Of a stretch of DNA of 28,238 nt, positions 17,005-26,469 are shown piece by piece. The stretch's first letter is position 1; each line of letters begins with the position of its first letter. The stretch comes from a virus (lineage: Duplodnaviria > Caudoviricetes), in the IMG/VR virus record IMGVR_UViG_3300000756_000036, positions 1 to 28,238 of that record. The stretch is one strand, 5' to 3'. Made by a program: the position numbers and the translations under genes. The notes beneath the pieces are model-generated. The model was not told where the DNA came from, did no database searches, and saw only the letters and a program-made list of their open reading frames with translations.

Positions 17005-17874
17005 ATGATCAAAATCATCAAGGCCGACGACCGCCTCAAAGCGGTCCCAAAAATCAACATCGCCCTGTTCGGCCCTGCCGGCGTCGGCAAGACCACCCAG
17101 GCTCGCACGCTCGACCCCAAGACCACGCTGTTCGTGGACCTTGAGGCCGGCACCCTCGCCATCCAAGACTGGCCGGCAGACGTCATCGACGTCCGCGATG
17201 TCGCCCAGACCTTCGGGAAGTATCCGTGGGAAATCGCCCGCGCCCTCGCCCTGTACGTTGGCGGCCACGATCCCAGCGACGCCACCGGTCCTTACTCCAA
17301 GCCTGTCCATGAGGCTGTCTCGACCGCCTTCGCCAACATCGACCTCGCCAAGTACGACACGATCTTCATCGACTCGATTACGGTCGCCGGTCGTGAGTGC
17401 TTCAAGTGGGCCAAGGTCCAGCCGGAGACGTTCAATCGTGAAGGCAAGCCCGACACTCGCGGCGCCTATGGTCTGCTCGGTCAAGAGATGATCCGCTGGC
17501 TGACCCACCTCCAGCACAGCAGCAAGTCTATCATCCTGTCTGGCATCCTCGACCAAGAGGTCGATGACCTCAAGCGTGTGTCTTGGAATCCGCAGATCGA
17601 GGGCAGCAAGACTGGCCGTGAGCTTCCGGGTATCTTCGACCAGGTCATCACCCTCCAGAACTTCAAGAACGAGGACGGCTCAATGTACCGTGCCTTCTGT
17701 TGCCAGCAGCAGAACCCTTGGGGTTACCCCGCCAAGGACCGCTCCGGTCGCCTTGATATCCTTGAGGCTCCAGACCTCGGCGCCCTCATCAAAAAGATTC
17801 GTGAAGGTAAGCGTGTCGATACCAACCTCGTCCGCACCATCCCCGCTTCCACCCCCAAACCCAACACCAAGTAA
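17005..17874 (+). CDS. AAA_24 / Sak4-like ATPase (single-strand annealing recombinase)
   Basis: Walker A GPAGVGKTT, DLEAG, Walker B IFIDSIT and the C-terminal AKDRSGRL motif. Start at ATG 17005. Confidence 0.85.
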   Translation: MIKIIKADDRLKAVPKINIALFGPAGVGKTTQARTLDPKTTLFVDLEAGTLAIQDWPADVIDVRDVAQTFGKYPWEIARALALYVGGHDPSDATGPYSKPVHEAVSTAFANIDLAKYDTIFIDSITVAGRECFKWAKVQPETFNREGKPDTRGAYGLLGQEMIRWLTHLQHSSKSIILSGILDQEVDDLKRVSWNPQIEGSKTGRELPGIFDQVITLQNFKNEDGSMYRAFCCQQQNPWGYPAKDRSGRLDILEAPDLGALIKKIREGKRVDTNLVRTIPASTPKPNTK

Positions 17875-17882
17875 TACATACC

Positions 17883-18476
17883 ATGAGCATGTTCTCCCCC
17901 ACCTCCGGCGCCGGCTCGGCCCCGGAACTCATCCCCAACGGCACCCTCGCATGGGCGTTGGTCACCGTCAGCGGTGCCAAGCAGTCGAAGACCAGCGGCG
18001 GCACCTACTACCCGGTGACGCTCACGATCATCGGCGGCGACTACGAGGGCCGCAAGGTCTTCGACATGATCCCCGACGTGCAGGACGATCGCAACGGCGA
18101 GAAGTGGCGCAAAATGGGCATCACGTCCATCACCCGCATCTTCGAGTCCAGCGGTCACTTCAAGGTCGCTGACCCGAAGTCCTACGAGGCGTTCACCGGC
18201 AAGGATACTCTCGCCATTATGAACTTCATGGACGGCCAGCGTGTCGCCATCAAGGTCAAGGTCGAGAAGAACACCGACCCTGCGTACGCCGACAAGAATA
18301 AGGTCGGTGAATGGCTGTCGCCCAACGCCGCTTCCGGTGGTTACCGCGACTTCCAGAAGCTGATCGCCGGCCAGTCCGGCGTCGTCGAACAGGCCCGCTC
18401 TGCGGCCTTCTCTGCGCCGGCTCCGACCGCCGCTCCGGGATGGGTGAAGACTCCGTCTTCCTCCAATCCGTTCTAA
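17883..18476 (+). CDS. DUF669-like single-stranded DNA-binding protein
   Basis: ELIPNGT...GDYEGRKVFD...DKNKV pattern, flexible tail ending NPF, and position after the Sak4-like gene. Confidence 0.7.
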   Translation: MSMFSPTSGAGSAPELIPNGTLAWALVTVSGAKQSKTSGGTYYPVTLTIIGGDYEGRKVFDMIPDVQDDRNGEKWRKMGITSITRIFESSGHFKVADPKSYEAFTGKDTLAIMNFMDGQRVAIKVKVEKNTDPAYADKNKVGEWLSPNAASGGYRDFQKLIAGQSGVVEQARSAAFSAPAPTAAPGWVKTPSSSNPF

Positions 18477-18490
18477 TCGGACACCATCCA

Positions 18491-18566
18491 GGCGTCCCTT
18501 GATTAAGATGCTGACAAACGAGAATAATATGTCAGCATCTTATCAAGGGACGTTTGTCCTTTTGCT
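18491..18566 (+). terminator. Long hairpin with a T-rich tail (terminator, processing site or structured RNA)
   Basis: 18493-18516 pairs with 18530-18552 (23 bp, one bulge, 13-nt loop), followed by TTTGTCCTTTT. Confidence 0.6.
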
Positions 18567-18689
18567 CCTTAACATCAAGGGTGAGAGCGAGACGACAACC
18601 TGGCCGTCGGTCCAGCAACTTCCGTCTACGCTCGAAGCGGTGACGCAGATGTTGGGTTTGCCTCTCCCGCCACCCCCCACTTTCTCTCG

Positions 18690-20345
18690 ATGAAGCTCCG
18701 GCCTAGGCAGGTGGACTTCGTTCACAAGGTCAACTATGCCCTCAAGGAAAAGGGCAACACGCTAGGCGTCGCCCCCACCGGCGCCGGCAAAACTGTCATG
18801 CTGTCATCTGTCATCAAGCATGCGGGCAAGGGCAAGACCATCGTCCTCCAGCATCGAGACGAACTGGTCGCCCAGAACCGTGCCACCTATCGGAGGATCG
18901 ACGCCGATACACCGACCGACATCTACGCCGCTGACCGCAAACGCTGGTCCGACGGCGTTACCTTTGCTATGGTCCAGACCCTGTCGAGGGATGAGAACCT
19001 AGCCACCATGCCACCTGTGGACCTGCTCGTCATCGACGAGGCCCACCATGTGGCCGCAGATTCATACCTCCGTATCATCGACCGGGCCAGGGAGATTAAC
19101 CCATCGGTACACATCTTCGGCGTCACGGCTACCCCACAGCGTGCCGACAAGAAAGCACTAGCTGCCGTATTCTCAAACGTCGCCGACGTCATCTCCATCA
19201 AAGAGCTGATCGACGCCGGCAACCTAGTCCGGCCTAGGGTGTTCGTCATCGACTGCGGGCTACGGTCCGAACTGGCCGGCGTTAAGCGTACCGTCGCCGA
19301 CTTCGACATGGCCGAGGTGGAGGCGATCATGGACAAGTCAGCCGTCACCGAGCGTGTCATCGCCGAGTGGCGTGAGAAGGCCGGCACCCGGAAGACCATA
19401 GCATTCTGCTCAACCGTTGAGCATGCGGAGCATGTGACCCAGGCTTTCTGCGACGCCGGCATCAAGGCCGACATCGTCCACGGCAACCTATCAGACGGCG
19501 ACCGACGTCGCGCCCTAATCGACTTTGAGAAGGACCGCACCCAGGTGCTGGTCAACGTGGCCGTGCTTACCGAAGGCTATGACTGCCAGACGGTTAGCTG
19601 TATTATCTTGCTGCGTCCATGCTCATTTAAATCCACGATGATCCAGATGATTGGTCGTGGCCTACGCAAGGTAGACCCAGAGAAGCACCCCGGAGCTATC
19701 AAGTCTGACTGCGTGGTACTGGACTTTGGTTATTCCATCCTCACCCACGGCGGGCTAGACACGGACGTCGTGCTGGAGCCTGTCAAAGGGTCAGCCAGGA
19801 CCAAGGTCTGCCCATCATGTAAAATGGAGGTACCCCTAGGGGTAGCCGTATGCCCGGCATGCGAGCATATCTTCGACGGCGTCGAGCGTCGCCAGAAGGA
19901 AGCCGAGGAGAGGGGGGACCTAGTCAACTTCACCCTAACCGAGGTTGAGATCATGGACATGTCCCCATTCCGTTGGGAGTCATTCTGGGACGGCATGGTT
20001 ACTATCGCATCGGCCATGACCGCATGGGCATGCGTCGTCCAGCATGACGGCAAGCAGTACGCCATAGGCGGTAAGGACGGAGCCACCGGCGCCACCCTCA
20101 TCGCCGTCACCGACGATCGTCTCCAGGCCGTCGCATCCGCAGACGACTACCTCCGAGAGCATGGCGACAAGGACGCCGCCCGGAAGAGCAAGCGATGGCT
20201 GACCGAGCCTCCCTCCGACAAGCAATTAATCCAGCTTGGGCTTGATGTATTCTCCGCCGCAGGCATGACCAAGTACCGTGCCACATGTGCTTTAACATGG
20301 AAGTGGCGCGAGCGTTTTATTAAAGCCAAAGTACTTTCGATTTAA
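18690..20345 (+). CDS. Superfamily 2 (DEAH) helicase with C-terminal zinc finger
   Basis: Motifs PTGAGKT, DEAHH, TATP, LTEGYD and QMIGRGLR, plus CPSC...CPAC. Confidence 0.95.
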   Translation: MKLRPRQVDFVHKVNYALKEKGNTLGVAPTGAGKTVMLSSVIKHAGKGKTIVLQHRDELVAQNRATYRRIDADTPTDIYAADRKRWSDGVTFAMVQTLSRDENLATMPPVDLLVIDEAHHVAADSYLRIIDRAREINPSVHIFGVTATPQRADKKALAAVFSNVADVISIKELIDAGNLVRPRVFVIDCGLRSELAGVKRTVADFDMAEVEAIMDKSAVTERVIAEWREKAGTRKTIAFCSTVEHAEHVTQAFCDAGIKADIVHGNLSDGDRRRALIDFEKDRTQVLVNVAVLTEGYDCQTVSCIILLRPCSFKSTMIQMIGRGLRKVDPEKHPGAIKSDCVVLDFGYSILTHGGLDTDVVLEPVKGSARTKVCPSCKMEVPLGVAVCPACEHIFDGVERRQKEAEERGDLVNFTLTEVEIMDMSPFRWESFWDGMVTIASAMTAWACVVQHDGKQYAIGGKDGATGATLIAVTDDRLQAVASADDYLREHGDKDAARKSKRWLTEPPSDKQLIQLGLDVFSAAGMTKYRATCALTWKWRERFIKAKVLSI

Positions 20346-20351
20346 CCCAAC

Positions 20352-21131
20352 ATGTTCAAACCAGAATCCAAACCCTGCGAGATTGCCGAAGGTATCAAAG
20401 CCTTGATCGACGCAGCAACCAAGGCACACCGCAACAAGCAGGTGCAACGCCAGTACCTAGGGGCGTCTCGCATCGGCGACGAATGTGAGCGACGACTAGC
20501 GTACGAATTCCACATGACGCCGAAGGACGAGGGCGCAGAATTCAAGGCCAACACCCTACGCATCTTTGACATGGGACATGACGGCGAAAGCCGAGTCGCC
20601 GAGTATCTTATTATGGCCGGCTTCGATCTTCAGACCCACCAACTTGACGGCAAGCAGTTCGGTATCTCCGACGCCGGCGATAAGTTTAAGGGCCATCTAG
20701 ACGGCATCATCAACGACGGTCCTGCCCTAGCCGGCGTGTTCTACCCATGCCTGTGGGAAAGTAAATCCCTGGGCGAGAAGAGCTGGAGCGACGTCGTAAA
20801 GAAGGGGCTGAAGGATTCCAAGCCTGTGTACTACGCCCAGGTCCAGATTTACATGGCCTATAAAGACCTGCTGTCTTGCCTGTTCACGGCCATCAACCGA
20901 GACACCGGAGAGATGCACATTGAGATGGTTCCGTTCAACGCCCGCGACGCCCAGACCTACATCGACCGGGCCGTGCGGATCGTGAAGACCGACAACCCAG
21001 AGCAGCTTGGCCGCATCGGTCGAGGCGTTGATGACTTCAAGTGCAAGTGGTGCGACTACAAGAAGCGTTGCCACGGCGTATCCGAACAGGTCGCCCCATC
21101 GGTCGAACCCCCCAAGACTTGGTCTTGGTAA
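20352..21131 (+). CDS. Cas4-like PD-(D/E)xK exonuclease
   Basis: YLGASRIGDECERR, GHLDG, WESKS, YYAQVQIYM and CKWCDYKKRC (Fe-S cysteine pattern). Confidence 0.9.
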   Translation: MFKPESKPCEIAEGIKALIDAATKAHRNKQVQRQYLGASRIGDECERRLAYEFHMTPKDEGAEFKANTLRIFDMGHDGESRVAEYLIMAGFDLQTHQLDGKQFGISDAGDKFKGHLDGIINDGPALAGVFYPCLWESKSLGEKSWSDVVKKGLKDSKPVYYAQVQIYMAYKDLLSCLFTAINRDTGEMHIEMVPFNARDAQTYIDRAVRIVKTDNPEQLGRIGRGVDDFKCKWCDYKKRCHGVSEQVAPSVEPPKTWSW

Positions 21132-21140
21132 TTTTCCAAC

Positions 21141-21440
21141 ATGCGTATCCATAAAACCGAGAAGAGCCACCTCAAGCAGATGGCTAAAGAAAACCGTAAA
21201 AAGATCACCAAGCGACTGGAAGAGTTAGATGAAGCCACACTTACGGCAGACGGATTCGACGCAGCCATCATTGGCTTGACCGAGTCTTCCCCGATCCGCG
21301 TGGTCTACGATTGGGATGCCTGTGTCCGTGTGCTGATGTCAGAAGGTATGCCAGAACAAGACGCCGTTGAACACATGAACTTCAACGTCACAGGAGGTTA
21401 CGTCGGAGAGCAGACTCCGATCTTTATCTACCCCCTGTGA
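21141..21440 (+). CDS. Conserved phage hypothetical protein
   Basis: ADGFDAAIIG...VVYD...FNVTGGYVGEQTPIF, a motif recalled from aquatic phages. Confidence 0.75.
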   Translation: MRIHKTEKSHLKQMAKENRKKITKRLEELDEATLTADGFDAAIIGLTESSPIRVVYDWDACVRVLMSEGMPEQDAVEHMNFNVTGGYVGEQTPIFIYPL

Positions 21441-22003
21441 AAATACGCATCAAGCTGGACGACATTACCATGACCCAGGCAGAGGCTGAAAGCCTCGCCA
21501 GGCATGAGTCGAGTCGAGCCGCCGGCGTACCAGATCAGCACGTCGGGAAGCAATCCGGAGCAGTCATGGACCTGGTCGGTTTACTGGGTGAGATCGCATT
21601 CTCCAAGCTGTTCAGCATGGAGCGTGACGACACAGTCTCACCCCGGTCTGGAACCGTGGACTTCATGGCCGGCAACGGCCAGTCCGTTGAGGTTAAGTCA
21701 AGCCACCACATCAACCCCCACCTGCTGGTTCCGTCTTACGAAATCAACGGAGAGATTACCACCAAGGAATTGGTAGACATCTACGCACTCATGCGTGTCG
21801 AGTACAACGACCGGGCCGTCACATTCATGGGCTGGGCCAACCGGGCCGAGGTGATCAGACCCGACCGGCTCCAACACTTCCGGGGCGCCGGCAGACTGTC
21901 CTTCGTGGTGCCACCGGATGAGATGCATCAGCTCGACGAGGTGACGGCCACATGGCTGGCCCTAGCCCTCAAGGCCAAGGGTGAGATTGTGGAGTTGACC
22001 TAG
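21437..22003 (+). CDS. Hypothetical protein, possible PD-(D/E)xK nuclease fold
   Basis: GLLGEIAF...GTVDF...VEVKS pattern; GTGA overlap with the upstream gene. Confidence 0.6.
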   Translation: MKIRIKLDDITMTQAEAESLARHESSRAAGVPDQHVGKQSGAVMDLVGLLGEIAFSKLFSMERDDTVSPRSGTVDFMAGNGQSVEVKSSHHINPHLLVPSYEINGEITTKELVDIYALMRVEYNDRAVTFMGWANRAEVIRPDRLQHFRGAGRLSFVVPPDEMHQLDEVTATWLALALKAKGEIVELT

Positions 22004-22035
22004 GACGCCCAACGCCCAGGAATACCCGACCCAAC

Positions 22036-24300
22036 ATGACAGACATGATTCCAATCGACAATGACGCCGTCTCCACGCACGTCGAATTGCTCTTTGGCAA
22101 GGAAGCCAAGGGCTTCGTTTGCCTCCGTGGCATAGGTGAAAAGGGAACGTCCCGGGAAGGGGTGTTTCGCGAAGACATCTTCCTAGAGCCGGAGCGTATG
22201 GGGTGGGACAGGTTCGTGTCAGCCGTGATCTTCCACGCCACCCGGTGGGGGCAGCACGACGTCGCCACGTTCATCGTCCCTTGCACTTTGAAGGAAGACC
22301 GAGGTACCGCCGAGAACTGCGACGTGTTCCGTACCGTGTGTGCCGACTTTGACACCGGCGACACCGATGCAAAGCTGGCCTTCGTCGAGCAGCACTTCGG
22401 GCCGGCAGCAATGGTGGTGCTGTCCGGAGGCATGACCGAGGAAGGCAAGGCCAAGCGTCATGCCTACTGGCAGGTTGCAGGTATGACAGTTGCCGAAGTC
22501 GTCGCTGCCAGAGACGCCATCGCCCGCAAGGCAGGAGCGGATATCCAATTCGGACTAGGCGTGGATGGCAACCCTTACGGACGTGCGCATCAGCCTATCC
22601 GTGTGGCCGGCTCAATCCACGGCAAGTCCGGCGTTAAGCGACTCGTCGTCATCGAGCGTCACGCATCACACGCTTTTATTACCACGCCCTGCTCTTTGGC
22701 GTCGATGATGCCGGAGTCGGAGTGGGCAATCAAGGAAGCCCCTGTCGATCCGCTCATGCCCAAGTCGCATACCCCTGCCGTCCAGATGTTGACCGCAGAC
22801 GTTGCCGCCGGCGGAGAAGGCACCACTCGGTGGTCCGCATTTAATGGCGTCGCCGGCCATTACATCCACACCGCACGGATCGGCAAGATGACCCTCGATG
22901 CCGCCAGGCTTGCGACCTATGGGTGGATGCAGGCCCACATGAATCCGCCTTGGCCGGAGAATCGATTTGATACCGAGTGGCTGGGCCTACTCCGTAACGA
23001 CATCCACAACAACGGACCCATGCCAGAACCGGAGAAGCCGATCCTAGACGACGGCAAGGGGCTGGCTGTATGGGCCGCCCACAGGTGGAGCCTATCGCCC
23101 CGACCGGAGCGTCAATTCCTAGTACAGAACTGGCTCCAGGCCGCCAAGCACCAGCTACTGGTAGCAGAGGGCGGTGCCGGCAAGACCTTCATGGTCCTAG
23201 ACCTAGCCTTGAAGATCACCGCTCGACGAGACGGCGACACATGGTGTGGCATGCCGGTCATGCGTAAGGGAGCTGTCGTGATCCTTACGACCGAGGACGA
23301 TAAAGACGAACTGCATATCCGCTTGGCCGACATGGACCCAGACGGAAGCAGACGTCGCGAAGCCGGCGACGATCTGATCATCCTGCCTTCGATCAACTCC
23401 GGCGGTGCGTTCGCACTCGTCGAGAAAGACCCGAAGACCCAGGAGTCTAGGCCGTCCCGCAAGTGGCTGGAATTCTTCGCCCTCCTGCGGCAGATTCCCA
23501 ACCTCCAGCTAGTGGTCATCGACACCCTTAACAGCGTGTTGCACGGCGAAGAGAACAGCGCGACTGTCATCAATGAATTCATCCGAGTAGCCAGCCAGGT
23601 CGGCGGCGAGCTAGGTGCGGCATTGATCGTCATCCACCACATCAAGAAGCAGGGCGACGAACCGATCCGGAACGCCGAGCAGATGGCGTCGCAGGTCCGC
23701 GGATCGTCTGCCCTACTGGGTGCCTTCCGAGGTGCCATTGGGGTGTGGCATGCATCCGACTATGACCGTCGCATGAAGGGCATGGGTCTGGTACCCAAGC
23801 GCAAGCACCTGTGGAAGGCTGCTATCATCAAGGCAAACAACCCCGAGATGCTCGACACCGAGCGTACGCTATTGCGTACCGAGATCGGCACACTCATAGA
23901 CGTCACCGACAAGGACAAGTTTAACGACGTCAACTTCCTAGAGCGGCAGGCATGGCTGGTGGCAGCCGTCACATTGGCCGCCAGGGCAGGGCATCCCTAC
24001 TCAATCGAGGGCAAGAATGCCAAGTCCGGCCTGTACCGCCGGCGTGGCGAGCTTCCCTCCATCCTCCGGTCCATTGGACCGGGCGAATTCGCCCACCTTG
24101 TGGACGACATGCTCCTCCAGAAGGTGCTGGCAGCGGCCGCAGCCAAGGGCGGGAAGGAAAAGAAGTGGCTGGATTTACCCAATGGTCCGATCGCATCCGA
24201 CGAGGTAGGTGCGGAGATTAACTCCGGAGCCTATGATCCGGCAGAGTGGGAAGAGTTTGAATATGACAAAGACTCTCGTACAGTTATCCGAAAGCCATGA
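22036..24300 (+). CDS. Primase-helicase (RepB-like primase N-terminus + AAA_25/RepA-like helicase)
   Basis: Primase motifs ADFD, SGG, HAYW and IRVAGS; helicase motifs AEGGAGKT, EDD, VVIDT, IHH and RGSSAL. Confidence 0.9.
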   Translation: MTDMIPIDNDAVSTHVELLFGKEAKGFVCLRGIGEKGTSREGVFREDIFLEPERMGWDRFVSAVIFHATRWGQHDVATFIVPCTLKEDRGTAENCDVFRTVCADFDTGDTDAKLAFVEQHFGPAAMVVLSGGMTEEGKAKRHAYWQVAGMTVAEVVAARDAIARKAGADIQFGLGVDGNPYGRAHQPIRVAGSIHGKSGVKRLVVIERHASHAFITTPCSLASMMPESEWAIKEAPVDPLMPKSHTPAVQMLTADVAAGGEGTTRWSAFNGVAGHYIHTARIGKMTLDAARLATYGWMQAHMNPPWPENRFDTEWLGLLRNDIHNNGPMPEPEKPILDDGKGLAVWAAHRWSLSPRPERQFLVQNWLQAAKHQLLVAEGGAGKTFMVLDLALKITARRDGDTWCGMPVMRKGAVVILTTEDDKDELHIRLADMDPDGSRRREAGDDLIILPSINSGGAFALVEKDPKTQESRPSRKWLEFFALLRQIPNLQLVVIDTLNSVLHGEENSATVINEFIRVASQVGGELGAALIVIHHIKKQGDEPIRNAEQMASQVRGSSALLGAFRGAIGVWHASDYDRRMKGMGLVPKRKHLWKAAIIKANNPEMLDTERTLLRTEIGTLIDVTDKDKFNDVNFLERQAWLVAAVTLAARAGHPYSIEGKNAKSGLYRRRGELPSILRSIGPGEFAHLVDDMLLQKVLAAAAAKGGKEKKWLDLPNGPIASDEVGAEINSGAYDPAEWEEFEYDKDSRTVIRKP

Positions 24301-24485
24301 GCCGCAACATTATACGACAAGCAGACGACGGACGTGATAACGTGTCCCTGTGGGATCGTTGTCGCATGATCGTCGAGAATGGAATCAAGAAATACGGAGA
24401 CGCTGGCGGCCTGCCCATCTCCGGTACAGGTCGGGCCAGGAAAAAGAAAGCCGTTGAAAAAAAGAAGGTTGCCAAGAAGAAGTAA
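24297..24485 (+). CDS. Small basic hypothetical protein
   Basis: ATGA overlap with the primase-helicase stop; Lys-rich tail. Confidence 0.55.
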   Translation: MSRNIIRQADDGRDNVSLWDRCRMIVENGIKKYGDAGGLPISGTGRARKKKAVEKKKVAKKK

Positions 24486-24513
24486 GGAGTCAGCGTCGGT
24501 TTCCCAACCCGAC

Positions 24514-24954
24514 ATGACATCAACACTAATGACCCTAGCCGCCTTCGTGGCGCCGTCTGTACCCGAGAAATGGGTAGACGCCGTAGAAATAATTGAATCC
24601 GGAGGGAGAGGTGCCAACACCCCACCCGGTGATCTTGGGTGTGCCATCGGCCCGTTCCAATTCTGGAAGAGGGCGTGGGAAGATACCACCCTCCTGCGGC
24701 AGGGAATGAAGGTCCAGACCTACCCTTACTGGCGTGCTAATGAGCCGGCCATCGCTCGCATGTACGCCAAGACATGGCTGTCCCATCTGATGATGAGGTT
24801 GACCGATAAGCTTCAGAGGAATCCAACAGCCGGCGAAACTTGGCTTGCTTATAACATGGGCATGACCGGATTCGGCCTGTACGATTATAACATCAACAAG
24901 GTGCCGAAGCATAAGCGTACGAAAGCACTAGCAATTAATGCCGCAGTCAAATGA
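24514..24954 (+). CDS. Lysozyme-fold protein (lytic transglycosylase / i-type-like)
   Basis: IIESGG catalytic Glu motif, GDLGCAIGPFQF and LAYNMG. Start reassigned to ATG 24514 after a CCCAAC leader. Confidence 0.75.
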   Translation: MTSTLMTLAAFVAPSVPEKWVDAVEIIESGGRGANTPPGDLGCAIGPFQFWKRAWEDTTLLRQGMKVQTYPYWRANEPAIARMYAKTWLSHLMMRLTDKLQRNPTAGETWLAYNMGMTGFGLYDYNINKVPKHKRTKALAINAAVK

Positions 24955-25388
24955 GCGAACTAATCACCAACGCCGACGCACCGATCCTGCGGTTCCAAAA
25001 CCGAGGAGCCGTATCATTCCGGGGCAGGCTGATGTTCGCATCAAGGGCCGCACGCATTTGCGAGTATCGCGCCGATCTTCGTCGTCTGGCAGAGGCAGGA
25101 CATTGCATGCCGGTGGTCGCAAGGAAGATGGGATTCTCCATCACCACGATCAAAAGCTGGGCCGAGATTCTCGGCATCGGATTCAAAAAGGTACGCTCCC
25201 GGAAGTGCCGCAGGTACGACAAATCCAAGTGGGAGAGTGTGATTGTCCGGGCTGCCGGCGAGGGTAAGACCCAAGGCGACGTGGCTTTCATGCTCGGCGT
25301 CCCTCACGTCAATGTCCACCGGTGGTGCATTGAGAATGGCTTTAACTGGAAACAGACCAAACAAGATGCCAAAGCAAAACGATCGTGA
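24951..25388 (+). CDS. Protein with two HTH-like motifs
   Basis: VVARKMGFSITTIKSW and TQGDVAFMLGVPHVNVHRW; ATGA overlap. Confidence 0.65.
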   Translation: MSELITNADAPILRFQNRGAVSFRGRLMFASRAARICEYRADLRRLAEAGHCMPVVARKMGFSITTIKSWAEILGIGFKKVRSRKCRRYDKSKWESVIVRAAGEGKTQGDVAFMLGVPHVNVHRWCIENGFNWKQTKQDAKAKRS

Positions 25389-25902
25389 CCAATGGAAGGG
25401 CGGCCTGGTCATCCGCCACGACGTCGAGCCTGTGCTGACCCAGCAACAGGAAGCTTTCGTCGCCGCTTACGTCGCCAATGGCGGCAATGCAGTACTGGCC
25501 GGCAAGACAGCAGGCTTCGCAGACGGCAACTCACAGTTGTCTTCCCATAAGGTCCGGGAAGCGATCGAATTAAAGCGGGACATGGACATCAAGACCGGCG
25601 GCGCCACGCAGGCTTGGCAGGTCATGCAGTCCCTACTCACCGACCCATCAGCACCACCCCAGGTTCGCTTTCAAGCCGCACGATGGACGCTGGAAGCTTC
25701 CGGTCATGGCCTGTCAGCGATCGCCGCCGCTATCCACCTAGGCAACCGGAACAAGAAAGACCAACATGAGATGTCCGTTTCCGAGCTGATCGACCTAGTC
25801 GATAAGGGCCGGAAGCAATTGGAATCCATGAAGCAGGTAGCTAACGAACTAAAGAGCGTCGAAGACGCAATCATTCTCCCACCCAATAAAACCGATGAAT
25901 AA
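25366..25902 (+). CDS. Terminase small subunit-like protein
   Basis: LTQQQEAFVAAYVANGGNAVLAGKTAGF resembles the TerS N-terminal HTH; C-terminal EMSVSEL motif. Start reassigned to ATG 25366. Confidence 0.65.
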   Translation: MPKQNDRDQWKGGLVIRHDVEPVLTQQQEAFVAAYVANGGNAVLAGKTAGFADGNSQLSSHKVREAIELKRDMDIKTGGATQAWQVMQSLLTDPSAPPQVRFQAARWTLEASGHGLSAIAAAIHLGNRNKKDQHEMSVSELIDLVDKGRKQLESMKQVANELKSVEDAIILPPNKTDE

Positions 25903-26263
25903 CGAACAAGCCCACGATCCTACTGTCACCCTTCGCCTTGAACTTGGCCGGGTGACAGATCAACGCAACGCATATGAAGCCGCACTCCGCAAGGAAGTGC
26001 TGTCTGTCATCCGCAACGCCATGCGAAACAACGAACATGCCGACACCATCGGCTGCATGGGCGTAGAGGTAGATGACTTGCGTAAAGAGAACGCCCGGCT
26101 CAAGGCCGAGGTGGAGCGGTTGAAGAATAACTGCGACTACTTGGACCGAAAGCTGGACGAGGAGATTGAACGCTCGGCTTCATTCGCCGGCGAGGTATCC
26201 AGGCTGAACGACGCCATTATGACCGGCAACGCCATCACACCGGACGCCAGGATTGTGCCATGA
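25895..26263 (+). CDS. Coiled-coil hypothetical protein
   Basis: ENARLKAEVERLK heptads; overlaps its neighbours. Confidence 0.65.
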   Translation: MNNEQAHDPTVTLRLELGRVTDQRNAYEAALRKEVLSVIRNAMRNNEHADTIGCMGVEVDDLRKENARLKAEVERLKNNCDYLDRKLDEEIERSASFAGEVSRLNDAIMTGNAITPDARIVP

Positions 26264-26469
26264 TTCACGAATTCCGCAACCCCATCCTGGTCGAGACGCC
26301 GCTTGGCTACGGCATGCTGATCTACGTCCGTGATGGCGGCACGTTTAGCAACGACGTGTTCGCCGTGGTGCTGGACCATGACGGCGTCATCCGGCACATG
26401 ACGACAGACCAGTTTAAGCTGGTTCGTAATGACACATTCGGAATCCGGGACAGGGAGGGTGACAAATGA
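26260..26469 (+). CDS. Small hypothetical protein
   Basis: ATGA overlaps at both ends; beta-rich (VETPLGYG). Confidence 0.7.
   Translation: MIHEFRNPILVETPLGYGMLIYVRDGGTFSNDVFAVVLDHDGVIRHMTTDQFKLVRNDTFGIRDREGDK

Noticed and set aside
18499-18693. 64-aa ORF between SSB and helicase
   Set aside because: TTG start, lacks the codon bias of its neighbours and overlaps strong inverted repeats, so it is more likely non-coding, although its stop overlaps the helicase ATG.
20352-21131. Cas4-like gene as evidence of a CRISPR-Cas system
   Set aside because: No array or other cas genes are present; solo Cas4-like nucleases are common in phage recombination modules.
4624-22039. Genome-wide TAG recoding, suggested by TAG-ACC-TAG at 14401, TAG-CAT-TAA at 4624 and TAG at 22001 reading on to an ATGA overlap
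   Set aside because: Long ORFs, including the 3130-aa gene, contain no in-frame TAG and genes are not fragmented under the standard code.
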